This document shows, one piece after another, positions 1 through 11,135 of a stretch of DNA of 34,313 nucleotides; positions within the stretch are counted from its first letter, which is position 1; every line of letters begins with the position of its first letter. Position numbers and translations under genes: made by a program. The notes below the pieces were generated by a model that saw only the letters and a list, made by a program, of their open reading frames with translations, had not been told where the DNA came from and made no database searches. Origin of the DNA: Eledone cirrhosa. Lineage: Eukaryota. The stretch spans positions 1 through 34,313 of the forward strand of contig CAXHJY010000839.1 in NCBI GenBank assembly GCA_964016885.1, given 5' to 3'.

Positions 1-248
<248 letters not shown>

Positions 249-251
<3 letters not shown>

Positions 252-1718
252 ATGAAATATAAGAATCAAAGAACTGTTCAAAACATTATTGTGCTTACAG
301 CTGTTTCCTCCAAACCGAGGTTTGGATTCTTCGGAGCAATTTATTAATGCATGGACAGTTATATGACCTCCTTTTCAGCCGAGAGACATACCAATACATA
401 TTCAAACATTGATACATATTCAAACATTGTGGGTCAACATTCATTACAGAATTTAGAGTGGCAGTACACACTTCGAGATTACATTTATATTAATAGGTAC
501 AATCAAAAATCAAAGATATAGGTTAAAGTACAACATGAAGATAAGTGGTTATATAGTGCAAATGTTATATGTGTGGCACGCATGTGCGTCTTGTTTATAT
601 AGTGTGGCAGAGAGATATGTGTGGTAGAGGCACTTAGGTAGGTAAATAAGAGTGTTAGGTTGGTAGATCTGGTGGCAAAGTCTTTATATGATTGATATAG
701 TCTGTGTGTGGAGAAATATTATAAGCATTAAAGATAGTGCAAGCATTAAAAGTGTTATAAGTATTGGAGATGCACAGCGCAGGGATGTCAAGTAATTCAT
801 GTACTTCGGTATTTTCATGGTCAAGGGAGTGTATATTTCGATTATATGCCTTTCACATAATCCAGGACAATCCAGTTAGAGATCGTAGTCTGGTGTTCTT
901 TAGTTCGATACAGGAGGGTGTTACGTTTCGAGAGACGCCATTGAATACCGGAAGTGTGTGTGTGGCTAAGGGGAGTTAATGCATGCGGGGAGGTAACTCT
1001 GGGGTTTCTATATCTAGCCATTAAAATGTGTCTCAATATAGACCCTAAATTCTATGGTGAGGTGCACCTTCCAAGAGAGACTTTTAAAGCATAAAGTGTA
1101 CTAACTATAGAGTAGTTTAACTAAATTATGCTGAAGGTGATCATATTATTATTAGGGTGGATTAACCCATCTTAAGGTGCTACAAATGGAAATTATAGAT
1201 GATGAGCGAGGATTCTAAATTAATGATCTCTATGGTTGTAGTCTGCTCATATGACCAGGCGCGGTGATTGCAGGATTGCTTCAGGACCCAATGATCTCTG
1301 GTAAGATCTGGGTCATCGCTTGCTACATTGGATGTCGAAAGATAATCATCCCCAGGCAGGCCAAAGGTCTATCCGCAGTCCTCGCGACCCCTCTCTGACC
1401 GTCAGATCATCCATATACGTACAACCCGCACGGCAGTTGCACTGCATTCACTCACTGCGTTCAGCAGCCTGGTCCTACTGGTCAACAGCGCTACTCGATT
1501 AAATCATTTTACATCTGTCTAAGGAAGGTGTTTCCTCTGCCCAACACCATCCAACCGATCAATTCATGCTCAAATTACCCTTAGAGCGGTGTAGTGCCGT
1601 CCAGGTGGGTGGATGTTGTCACACCTGCCGTAGAGGTATAAATGGGTATTTTCCTGCGAAGGGTTCCAGAGGGATGTCGTTGTTTGTGTTATAATGGATC
1701 AGCTAGTGTTGGGTATGT
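249..1718 (-). repeat. Inverted copy of the PLE 3' region (equivalent to 5652-7122)
   Basis: Reverse complement of 5652-7122 with one 1-bp indel near 1652 and one substitution. Mirrored small ORFs in the track (1320-1502+ vs 5869-6051-; 842-1036- vs 6335-6529+) confirm the mapping. Confidence 0.95.
292..339 (-). ncRNA. Minimal type I hammerhead ribozyme (inverted copy)
   Basis: Reverse complement of 2833-2880. Confidence 0.78.
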
Positions 1719-3087
1719 GAGTGAATGCAGTGCAACTGCCGTGCGGGTTGTACGTATATGGATGATCTGACGGTCAGAGAGGGGTCGCGAGGACTGCGGA
1801 TAGACCTTTGGCCTGCCTGGGGATGATTATCTTTCGACATCCAATGTAGCAAGCGATGACCCAGATCTTACCAGAGATCATTGGGTCCTGAAGCAATCCT
1901 GCAATCACCGCGCCTGGTCATATGAGCAGACTACAACCATAGAGATCATTAATTTAGAATCCTCGCTCATCATCTATAATTTCCATTTGTAGCACCTTAA
2001 GATGGGTTAATCCACCCTAATAATAATATGATCACCTTCAGCATAATTTAGTTAAACTACTCTATAGTTAGTACACTTTATGCTTTAAAAGTCTCTCTTG
2101 GAAGGTGCACCTCACCATAGAATTTAGGGTCTATATTGAGACACATTTTAATGGCTAGATATAGAAACCCCAGAGTTACCTCCCCGCGTGCATTAACTCC
2201 CCTTAGCCACACACACACTTCCGGTATTCAATGGCGTCTCTCGAAACGTAACACCCTCCTGTATCGAACTAAAGAACACCAGACTACGATCTCTAACTGG
2301 ATTGTCCTGGATTATGTGAAAGGCATATAATCGAAATATACACTCCCTTGACCATGAAAATACCGAAGTACATGAATTACTTGACATCCCTGCGCTGTGC
2401 ATCTCCAATACTTATAACACTTTTAATGCTTGCACTATCTTTAATGCTTATAATATTTCTCCACACACAGACTATATCAATCATATAAAGACTTTGCCAC
2501 CAGATCTACCAACCTAACACTCTTATTTACCTACCTAAGTGCCTCTACCACACATATCTCTCTGCCACACTATATAAACAAGACGCACATGCGTGCCACA
2601 CATATAACATTTGCACTATATAACCACTTATCTTCATGTTGTACTTTAACCTATATCTTTGATTTTTGATTGTACCTATTAATATAAATGTAATCTCGAA
2701 GTGTGTACTGCCACTCTAAATTCTGTAATGAATGTTGACCCACAATGTTTGAATATGTATCAATGTTTGAATATGTATTGGTATGTCTCTCGGCTGAAAA
2801 GGAGGTCATATAACTGTCCATGCATTAATAAATTGCTCCGAAGAATCCAAACCTCGGTTTGGAGGAAACAGCTGTAAGCACAATAATGTTTTGAACAGTT
2901 CTTTGATTCTTATATTTCATATAACTGCTCTGTAAATCATCTGATGTTTTTACATTGAGCTACTTAACTTACTGGTAATAAGGTAGTAATACATTACTGC
3001 CTACCACTATTTAGGGTGTGTGTAAAATACTTACAACTGCTTAAGGTTTTGTGTTTACATAACCATAAGTAGTATAACTAATACTAT
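1717..3087 (+). repeat. 5' pseudo-LTR (5'-truncated upstream tandem copy of the element's 3' end)
   Basis: Matches 5916-7286 at offset 4199; by eye I see two substitutions (near 2188 and 2223), which agree with the paired 64-aa ORF translations. Confidence 0.95.
2833..2880 (+). ncRNA. Minimal type I hammerhead ribozyme (5' pLTR copy)
   Basis: TGCT - CCGAAGA (variant of CUGANGA) - A - TCCAAAC/CTCG/GTTTGGA stem II - G - GAAA - C AGCT G - TA - AGCA. Stem III lies in the palindrome ACAGCTGT. Predicted cleavage after 2876. Confidence 0.8.
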
Positions 3088-3129
3088 TAACTGCTCCATA
3101 TCGTTGAGCTGACATATAATATTGCCAAT

Positions 3130-5589
3130 ATGCTAATCAAAGACCAACTCCCCATGTCAACCAAGAACATACCAATACCATCCAGGAATACATATGAGAA
3201 ATTGCTGATCAACAGTGTAAATTCATTTATCAATAGAGTGAGATGGAGGACATTCCATTATGATAGAAACAAATCTAACAACTTGAATAATACTAACAAT
3301 TTTGACTCCTTCGGCTTTAAAACCTTTAAAAGCCCCCCTCATAACACTCTACTTAACTCCTTTGAAAATGACCTAGTTAAACTAGTTAAGAACATTAAAT
3401 ACAATAAGCACCATATTAGAAGCAACACCTTCTTAAACAAACTTAACACTTCTATTAGTGGATTCAAAACTAGTAATAAAATTATTGTACACGCAGATAA
3501 AACTAATAACATATACAGCCTAGATTATATTACTTATAGAAAGTTTATATATAATGAACTACATAAAAGCTACAAAAAAACCACCTTGAAAAACTTAGAA
3601 GATATTAATGTAGAGGGTTATAATATAGTGTCTAAACTAGGACTACAGAGGCATACACAACCTTTCACTCCGAACCCCCCTAGATTCTCTCTGAAGGACC
3701 ATAAGGAGAACTTCATCAGCAACCCCACGATAAGACTTATCTGCCCTTCCAAGTCCGACATTGGTATTATCAGCAAGAAGATTTTGGATAAAATCATCCC
3801 ACAAATTAAACACAAGATACACCTTAAACAATGGGGAAATACGGGTGAAGTAATTGAATGGTTTAAGGATATCAAGAATAATAAGAACAAAAAATTTATT
3901 CAATTTGATATCAATTCATACTACACCTCTATTTCCCCTATCCTATTAAATAAGGCACTTATCATGGCCATGACCAATAGCGACCTGACTAGAGCCCAGG
4001 TTGATGTCATCCTTGCGGCCCGTAAAACCATAATCACCTTCGAGGACCAACTATGGACACGCAAGGATACGCACAACAACTTCGACATAACCATGGGATC
4101 TAGTGACTCGGCGCAGGTCACTGATTTGGTCGGCCTATACCTCCTCAATGAAATCCATAAAGACCTCCCTTACCTCAACGGTGGTTTGTACCGCGATGAT
4201 GCACTTCTACTCATAGAATATAAAAAATTTAATATAGAAAGAACTAGAAAACAACTGCATAAGACATTCAAAAACTTTAACCTTAGTATCACCATGGACA
4301 AAAACACTAAAAATGTTAACTTCCTAGACGCCACACTATACCTAGACTCAAAAATATATACACCCTTCCATAAGCCTAATGAGAAACTTATTTACGTAGA
4401 TACCAAGTCTAATCACCCTAGATCAATATTAAACTCTATCTCTAAGGGGGTGTCCAATAGAATCTCTAGTCTGTCCTATGACGCAAACATATTTAGCAAA
4501 AACTCACAATATTACAATCAAGCATTAGCTAGCTCCGGCCATAATATAGAAATTGAGTTCCTACCTAAGAAAACACATAGCTACAACATCATCTCGCACA
4601 ACATGTCCATGAGGAAATCTAATAATAGGAATAGCAACCACAAGTACACCAAAGTGGAGGGTGCCACCGGAAGTAACCATTACCATGGAAACTACTGTGA
4701 GGCCTTAGGAGGAAGCAACACACCAAACACTAAAAGCAAAAATAGAAGAAGAAATAATACATTTTTCAACCCTCCTTTCAACCTAAATGTCTCCACCAAC
4801 ATACCTAGGGCTTTCTTCTCACTACTAGATAAAAACTTCCCTCTAGGACACAAGTACCACAACCTCTTAAACAAAAACACCATTAAAATCTCATACTCCA
4901 CGACGCCTAACTTAGCATACCACATAGCTAGCAGCAATAATAGTAAAATTAGTTCTTACTTCCAACAAACAAAATCGCAACGGGATGCAAACCCTCTAAA
5001 TACCACTGTAGCAAGCAACAATAGCAACGGCAGTAACAATAGAAATAACACTAGTATAAGTAATAACACCAGGGTTGTCAACCTGAACACCCAAAATCCT
5101 ATACCCACCACACAGACTTCCGCATTGCATTATAACCAGCGGACTAACGCACAGAATAATTGTAACTGTAGAACTAATAGAACCTGCCCTTTAGATAAAA
5201 AATGCCTAACCAAGGATGTCATATACTCATGCACAGTCACGACTAATAACTCTTCAGAAACCTATGTAGGCTCCACTTCTAACTGCTTCAAAATTAGATA
5301 TAACTCGCACATCCACTCGTTCAAAAAGCACAGCCTAGCCAACTCCACCTCACTTTCTAGCTACATTCACTATCTAAAATCTAAAAATAAACCATACACA
5401 CTCAAATGGGAAGTGATAGGCAGCGCGACCTCGTACAAACCACCTAATAAATTCTGTAACCTCTGTATACTAGAGACACACAATATTATCTTCTCCAACC
5501 GTAACCTACTTAACAAAAAATCTGAGGTGTTTGCAACTTGCCAGCACCGCCTCAGACATTCCTTCCAAAACTTTAAGCCCCATATATAG
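3130..5589 (+). CDS. PLE polyprotein: reverse transcriptase + Cys-rich linker + GIY-YIG endonuclease (819 aa)
   Basis: Uninterrupted ORF. RT motifs: IRLICP, FIQFDINSYYTSI (A), ITMGSSDSAQVTDLVG (B'), GLYRDDAL (C), NFLDATL (E). Thumb/linker FFNPPF...KISYS; CNCRTNRTC; GIY-YIG as VIY...YVG followed by FKIRYNSH, LETHNI and LLNK; terminal CNLC...CQH. Confidence 0.95.
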   Translation: MLIKDQLPMSTKNIPIPSRNTYEKLLINSVNSFINRVRWRTFHYDRNKSNNLNNTNNFDSFGFKTFKSPPHNTLLNSFENDLVKLVKNIKYNKHHIRSNTFLNKLNTSISGFKTSNKIIVHADKTNNIYSLDYITYRKFIYNELHKSYKKTTLKNLEDINVEGYNIVSKLGLQRHTQPFTPNPPRFSLKDHKENFISNPTIRLICPSKSDIGIISKKILDKIIPQIKHKIHLKQWGNTGEVIEWFKDIKNNKNKKFIQFDINSYYTSISPILLNKALIMAMTNSDLTRAQVDVILAARKTIITFEDQLWTRKDTHNNFDITMGSSDSAQVTDLVGLYLLNEIHKDLPYLNGGLYRDDALLLIEYKKFNIERTRKQLHKTFKNFNLSITMDKNTKNVNFLDATLYLDSKIYTPFHKPNEKLIYVDTKSNHPRSILNSISKGVSNRISSLSYDANIFSKNSQYYNQALASSGHNIEIEFLPKKTHSYNIISHNMSMRKSNNRNSNHKYTKVEGATGSNHYHGNYCEALGGSNTPNTKSKNRRRNNTFFNPPFNLNVSTNIPRAFFSLLDKNFPLGHKYHNLLNKNTIKISYSTTPNLAYHIASSNNSKISSYFQQTKSQRDANPLNTTVASNNSNGSNNRNNTSISNNTRVVNLNTQNPIPTTQTSALHYNQRTNAQNNCNCRTNRTCPLDKKCLTKDVIYSCTVTTNNSSETYVGSTSNCFKIRYNSHIHSFKKHSLANSTSLSSYIHYLKSKNKPYTLKWEVIGSATSYKPPNKFCNLCILETHNIIFSNRNLLNKKSEVFATCQHRLRHSFQNFKPHI

Positions 5590-5915
5590 CAATGTTGGAC
5601 TGGAACCTAACACCACATCTAGCATCAAACACCAGAGACACACCCTATACTACATACCCAACACTAGCTGATCCATTATAACACAAACAACGACATCCCT
5701 CTGGAACCCTTCGCAGGGAAAATACCCATTTATACCTCTACGGCAGGTGTGACAACATCCACCCACCTGGACGGCACTACACCGCTCTAAGGGTAATTTG
5801 AGCATGAATTGATCGGTTGGATGGTGTTGGGCAGAGGAAACACCTTCCTTAGACAGATGTAAAATGATTTAATCGAGTAGCGCTGTTGACCAGTAGGACC
5901 AGGCTGCTGAACGCA

Positions 5916-7286
5916 GTGAGTGAATGCAGTGCAACTGCCGTGCGGGTTGTACGTATATGGATGATCTGACGGTCAGAGAGGGGTCGCGAGGACTGCGGAT
6001 AGACCTTTGGCCTGCCTGGGGATGATTATCTTTCGACATCCAATGTAGCAAGCGATGACCCAGATCTTACCAGAGATCATTGGGTCCTGAAGCAATCCTG
6101 CAATCACCGCGCCTGGTCATATGAGCAGACTACAACCATAGAGATCATTAATTTAGAATCCTCGCTCATCATCTATAATTTCCATTTGTAGCACCTTAAG
6201 ATGGGTTAATCCACCCTAATAATAATATGATCACCTTCAGCATAATTTAGTTAAACTACTCTATAGTTAGTACACTTTATGCTTTAAAAGTCTCTCTTGG
6301 AAGGTGCACCTCACCATAGAATTTAGGGTCTATATTGAGACACATTTTAATGGCTAGATATAGAAACCCCAGAGTTACCTCCCCGCATGCATTAACTCCC
6401 CTTAGCCACACACACACTTCCCGTATTCAATGGCGTCTCTCGAAACGTAACACCCTCCTGTATCGAACTAAAGAACACCAGACTACGATCTCTAACTGGA
6501 TTGTCCTGGATTATGTGAAAGGCATATAATCGAAATATACACTCCCTTGACCATGAAAATACCGAAGTACATGAATTACTTGACATCCCTGCGCTGTGCA
6601 TCTCCAATACTTATAACACTTTTAATGCTTGCACTATCTTTAATGCTTATAATATTTCTCCACACACAGACTATATCAATCATATAAAGACTTTGCCACC
6701 AGATCTACCAACCTAACACTCTTATTTACCTACCTAAGTGCCTCTACCACACATATCTCTCTGCCACACTATATAAACAAGACGCACATGCGTGCCACAC
6801 ATATAACATTTGCACTATATAACCACTTATCTTCATGTTGTACTTTAACCTATATCTTTGATTTTTGATTGTACCTATTAATATAAATGTAATCTCGAAG
6901 TGTGTACTGCCACTCTAAATTCTGTAATGAATGTTGACCCACAATGTTTGAATATGTATCAATGTTTGAATATGTATTGGTATGTCTCTCGGCTGAAAAG
7001 GAGGTCATATAACTGTCCATGCATTAATAAATTGCTCCGAAGAATCCAAACCTCGGTTTGGAGGAAACAGCTGTAAGCACAATAATGTTTTGAACAGTTC
7101 TTTGATTCTTATATTTCATATAACTGCTCTGTAAATCATCTGATGTTTTTACATTGAGCTACTTAACTTACTGGTAATAAGGTAGTAATACATTACTGCC
7201 TACCACTATTTAGGGTGTGTGTAAAATACTTACAACTGCTTAAGGTTTTGTGTTTACATAACCATAAGTAGTATAACTAATACTAT
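5916..7286 (+). repeat. 3' pseudo-LTR
   Basis: Direct repeat of 1717-3087; runs directly into (TA)n at 7287. Confidence 0.95.
7032..7079 (+). ncRNA. Minimal type I hammerhead ribozyme (3' pLTR copy)
   Basis: Identical to 2833-2880; predicted cleavage after 7075. Confidence 0.8.
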
Positions 7287-7530
<244 letters not shown>

Positions 7531-7742
7531 CGTTTCTGAATTTGTTTAGCAAGATTCTTTATCTGAAATCGTGTGTTGAAACCGATATTGTTATACTTTG
7601 GGAGGGTCATGTTGCCAATAAGAAACACACGCACCAGTTGCTTTCACTTCAATTTATTATATATTTATAAATTTACAAATTTACAAACTTATAAATTTCT
7701 GGTTGGTTGGTTGGTTCCACAACCAGATAGTTGTTTATATAT

Positions 7743-7787
7743 AGTCATAGTCCTTTCGTCACACACTCTGTGACCTCTTCAGTGACT
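7743..7787 (-). ncRNA. Minimal type I hammerhead ribozyme (family 2, inverted arm)
   Basis: Reverse complement of 7984-8028. Confidence 0.72.
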
Positions 7788-7983
7788 GGGGATTCCTTTC
7801 TTTGTTTCTGTGCCTTTCCTTTCTTCTATCCTACGCCATTTTGTTTCTGAAAAAGTGGAGAATAACATGGTCAACAGTACAAAAAAAGGGGATTTATTTA
7901 CAGTCTAACAATTGTTTCACTGATAAACAAAATGGCGTAGGATAGAAGAAAGGAAAGGCACAGAAACAAAGAAAGGAATCCCC

Positions 7984-8028
7984 AGTCACTGAAGAGGTCA
8001 CAGAGTGTGTGACGAAAGGACTATGACT
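7984..8028 (+). ncRNA. Minimal type I hammerhead ribozyme (family 2)
   Basis: AGTCA - CTGAAGA - G - GTCACA/GAGTG/TGTGAC - GAAA - GGAC - TA - TGACT: perfect 5-bp stem I and 6-bp stem II. Confidence 0.75.
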
Positions 8029-8154
8029 ATATATAAACAACTATCTGGTTGTGGAACCAACCAACCAACCAGAAATTTATAAATATATAATAAATTGAAG
8101 TGAAAGCAACTGGTGCGTGTGTTTCTTATTGGCAACATGACCCTCCCAAAGTAT

Positions 8155-8200
<46 letters not shown>

Positions 8201-8794
8201 ATACTTGGGGAGGGTCATATTTGTGTAATATTGCCAGAATTAATAACAGAACACGCTCACTGTTTGGTTGGTTTTCGCTTTTCGCTTCTGTGTCTTTTAT
8301 ATCGGCAATCTAATTTATTCGGTCCTCAATGTTGCCATTGACTGACCGACGGTCAAAAATAATACAGATACAATATAGACACAAACACATATATATAGTT
8401 TATCAAAGTATAACAAGTATAACAATATTTGTTTCGACACACGATTTCATATAAAAAACCTCGCAAAACTAATTCATCGCCGTTATATATATATCATTTA
8501 TCTCACTAATTCTGAACTTACAACGTTCTGAGTAAACTCATTGAGCCAATATTGTAATTGATGGATAATTCTTTGTATGTATATATATATATGTTTATAT
8601 ATTTATATATAAAGGATAACAAAATATCGTTATAGGTAATCCAGTTAGAGGTTGTGAATACTTCTTATTATGGATAGTTTTAGCAGTATTCGGCAATTTT
8701 GAGACATCTTTATCAGTGAAACAATTGTTAGACTGTAAATAAATCCCCTTTTTTTGTACTGTTGACCATGTTATTCTCCACTTTTTCAATTTTA

Positions 8795-8831
<37 letters not shown>

Positions 8832-9138
8832 GTGTATATAAAGCAAGTTTATTTTGAAACACCGAGCCAAGTTTGAAATTTAGTAGAAATATAAGCTTTC
8901 GCCGTATTTTTTGACAAAAAAAATTTCAGCCTGATTGTGGTGTTTAAAAACCCTCTAAATAATGGGAAAAGGATAAGTATTGTATTGAGAAATGTATATA
9001 TAGAGATTAGATATATAGTAGGATACCTTAATACGTTTTTCCAATTATATCTTTTGTTAAACGATATACCACCATTATTGTATTGTAAGGTTCTTGTTTT
9101 AATTTCTTTGGCTGACGTTTCTTACACACACAAAAAAG

Positions 9139-9832
<694 letters not shown>

Positions 9833-10336
9833 TCAGAAAACATTTTCACACAAGTTTGATATATTTATATATATATATATATGTGCTTGTGTATGTCTGT
9901 ACGTGTGTGTGTGTGTGTGCCTGTGTGTCTGTGTGTGTGTGTATGTATGTCCGCATATTCAGACATGTCGGTGAGTGGTGCCAATGTTTGGTGCGCAAAG
10001 GTCGTGTGAAAAGCCCTCCTCCTCACAGTGATGTTACCTACACAAATGACAGGGGTTGTACCGTCTGATATTGTGACCCGCTTTCTTCTGATCCTATCCG
10101 ACATCTGCCTAGGGCCTGCTGTACTTATTGGTTAATAAATATATTGTTGGACTGGTTTGTGTGAACCTCCTCAGTAACAACTACAGCGACAACAACAACA
10201 AGAATGCAACTTAAAACAATACCACGAACAATAACAACACCCCCCACCCCAACACCAACCAACACCACAACTACAACAAAAGCACCAACAACAGTTAAAG
10301 AACCAACAAGCCTTATATGAGCACCTGTTCACCGTG

Positions 10337-10396
<60 letters not shown>

Positions 10397-10505
10397 TATA
10401 TATATATATATATATGTAGAAGTTATATTTAATTTGTTGGGATACAACAAGCAAATATTTTTATAACTGATATAAAGCACTCAACAAATCTTTGGAGTAA
10501 AAATA

Positions 10506-10760
10506 CGATATATTAACAAATGGAAACTATATTTATTAAACCATATTTATTTCATTATACATATTTCAAGGACACCAAGTTAAATTATGGTGTGCTTTCA
10601 TCAGATAAAATATAATATAGATCAGCTTTATAAATAAATATTGACATACCCTTAAAGAATGCGACCATTTCTGTTGGGAACTCCCGGGAGCTTCCAACTT
10701 GGTGTCCTTGAAATATGTATAATGAAATAAATATGGTTTTATAAATATAGTTTCCATTTA

Positions 10761-10768
<8 letters not shown>
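10506..10768. mobile_element. Self-inverted short element with a hammerhead-like motif (family 3)
   Basis: Minus arm ~10506-10668 reads TTAT-CTGATGA-AAGCACACCA...TGGTGTCCTT-GAAA-TATGT-ATAA; plus arm 10696-10768 is a truncated reverse complement ending in (TA)n; homologous to 17601-17781 and 22821-23095. Confidence 0.7.
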
Positions 10769-10805
<37 letters not shown>

Positions 10806-11091
10806 TACTAAAACTCTGTGCTTGCCTGCTTGTCTGTAATGTAATACATCCAAAAGGGAGCATAATAGGAAAATACTTTGAAAGGAAGTTGACTCTGAAA
10901 TGGGAATACACATGGAATAAAATAAGTTTCGCGTAAATAGGGGCACGGTTTCCCGAGATGTGGGGATTTTCCGGGTACCTTCATAAACACAGAGAGAGAG
11001 AGAGAGGAAAAGATAGTGGTTGTGACAGAGTAGATTGAAATAGAGACAGGGAGAGGAGAAGGAGAATGGAAGAGAGAGCTGGTGGTGGTGT

Positions 11092-11135
<44 letters not shown>

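Larger units (their letters stand above)
249..7286 (+). mobile_element. Penelope-like retroelement (C-terminal EN+, probably Hydra-clade): inverted 3' fragment + partial tandem pLTR + full 4199-bp unit, inserted in (TA)n
   Basis: RT + GIY-YIG ORF; direct repeats offset by exactly 4199 bp; inverted copy at the 5' side; hammerhead motif in each repeat; (TA)n on both flanks (1-240, 7287-7530). This architecture is typical of PLEs. Confidence 0.95.
7531..8162. mobile_element. Non-coding self-inverted element carrying hammerheads (probable PLE pLTR-derived fragment, family 2)
   Basis: Arms 7585-7846 and 7925-8162 are reverse complements apart from a ~24-bp slippage insertion; each arm has a hammerhead; (TA)n on both sides. 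Confidence 0.7.

Noticed and set aside
764-1502. 60-71 aa ORFs repeated in the pLTR copies
   Set aside because: Non-ATG starts and no recognisable motif; their recurrence only reflects the DNA repeat.
2196-2517. ~107-codon frame with a single in-frame TGA (possible selenocysteine read-through, as in some Naiad PLEs)
   Set aside because: No ATG start before the TGA except the adjacent codon, no recognisable protein, no SECIS identified, and the main ORF has no internal TGA.
3618-4937. Minus-strand ORFs inside the PLE ORF
   Set aside because: Antisense shadows of the RT coding sequence.
1717-7286. Interpretation as an LTR retrotransposon or DIRS element
   Set aside because: No gag, protease, RNase H, integrase or tyrosine recombinase; no TG...CA ends or PBS; GIY-YIG plus hammerheads indicate a PLE.
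9966-10179. Possible solo LTR (TG...TAACA with AATAAA)
   Set aside because: No matching target-site duplication and no second copy in the window.
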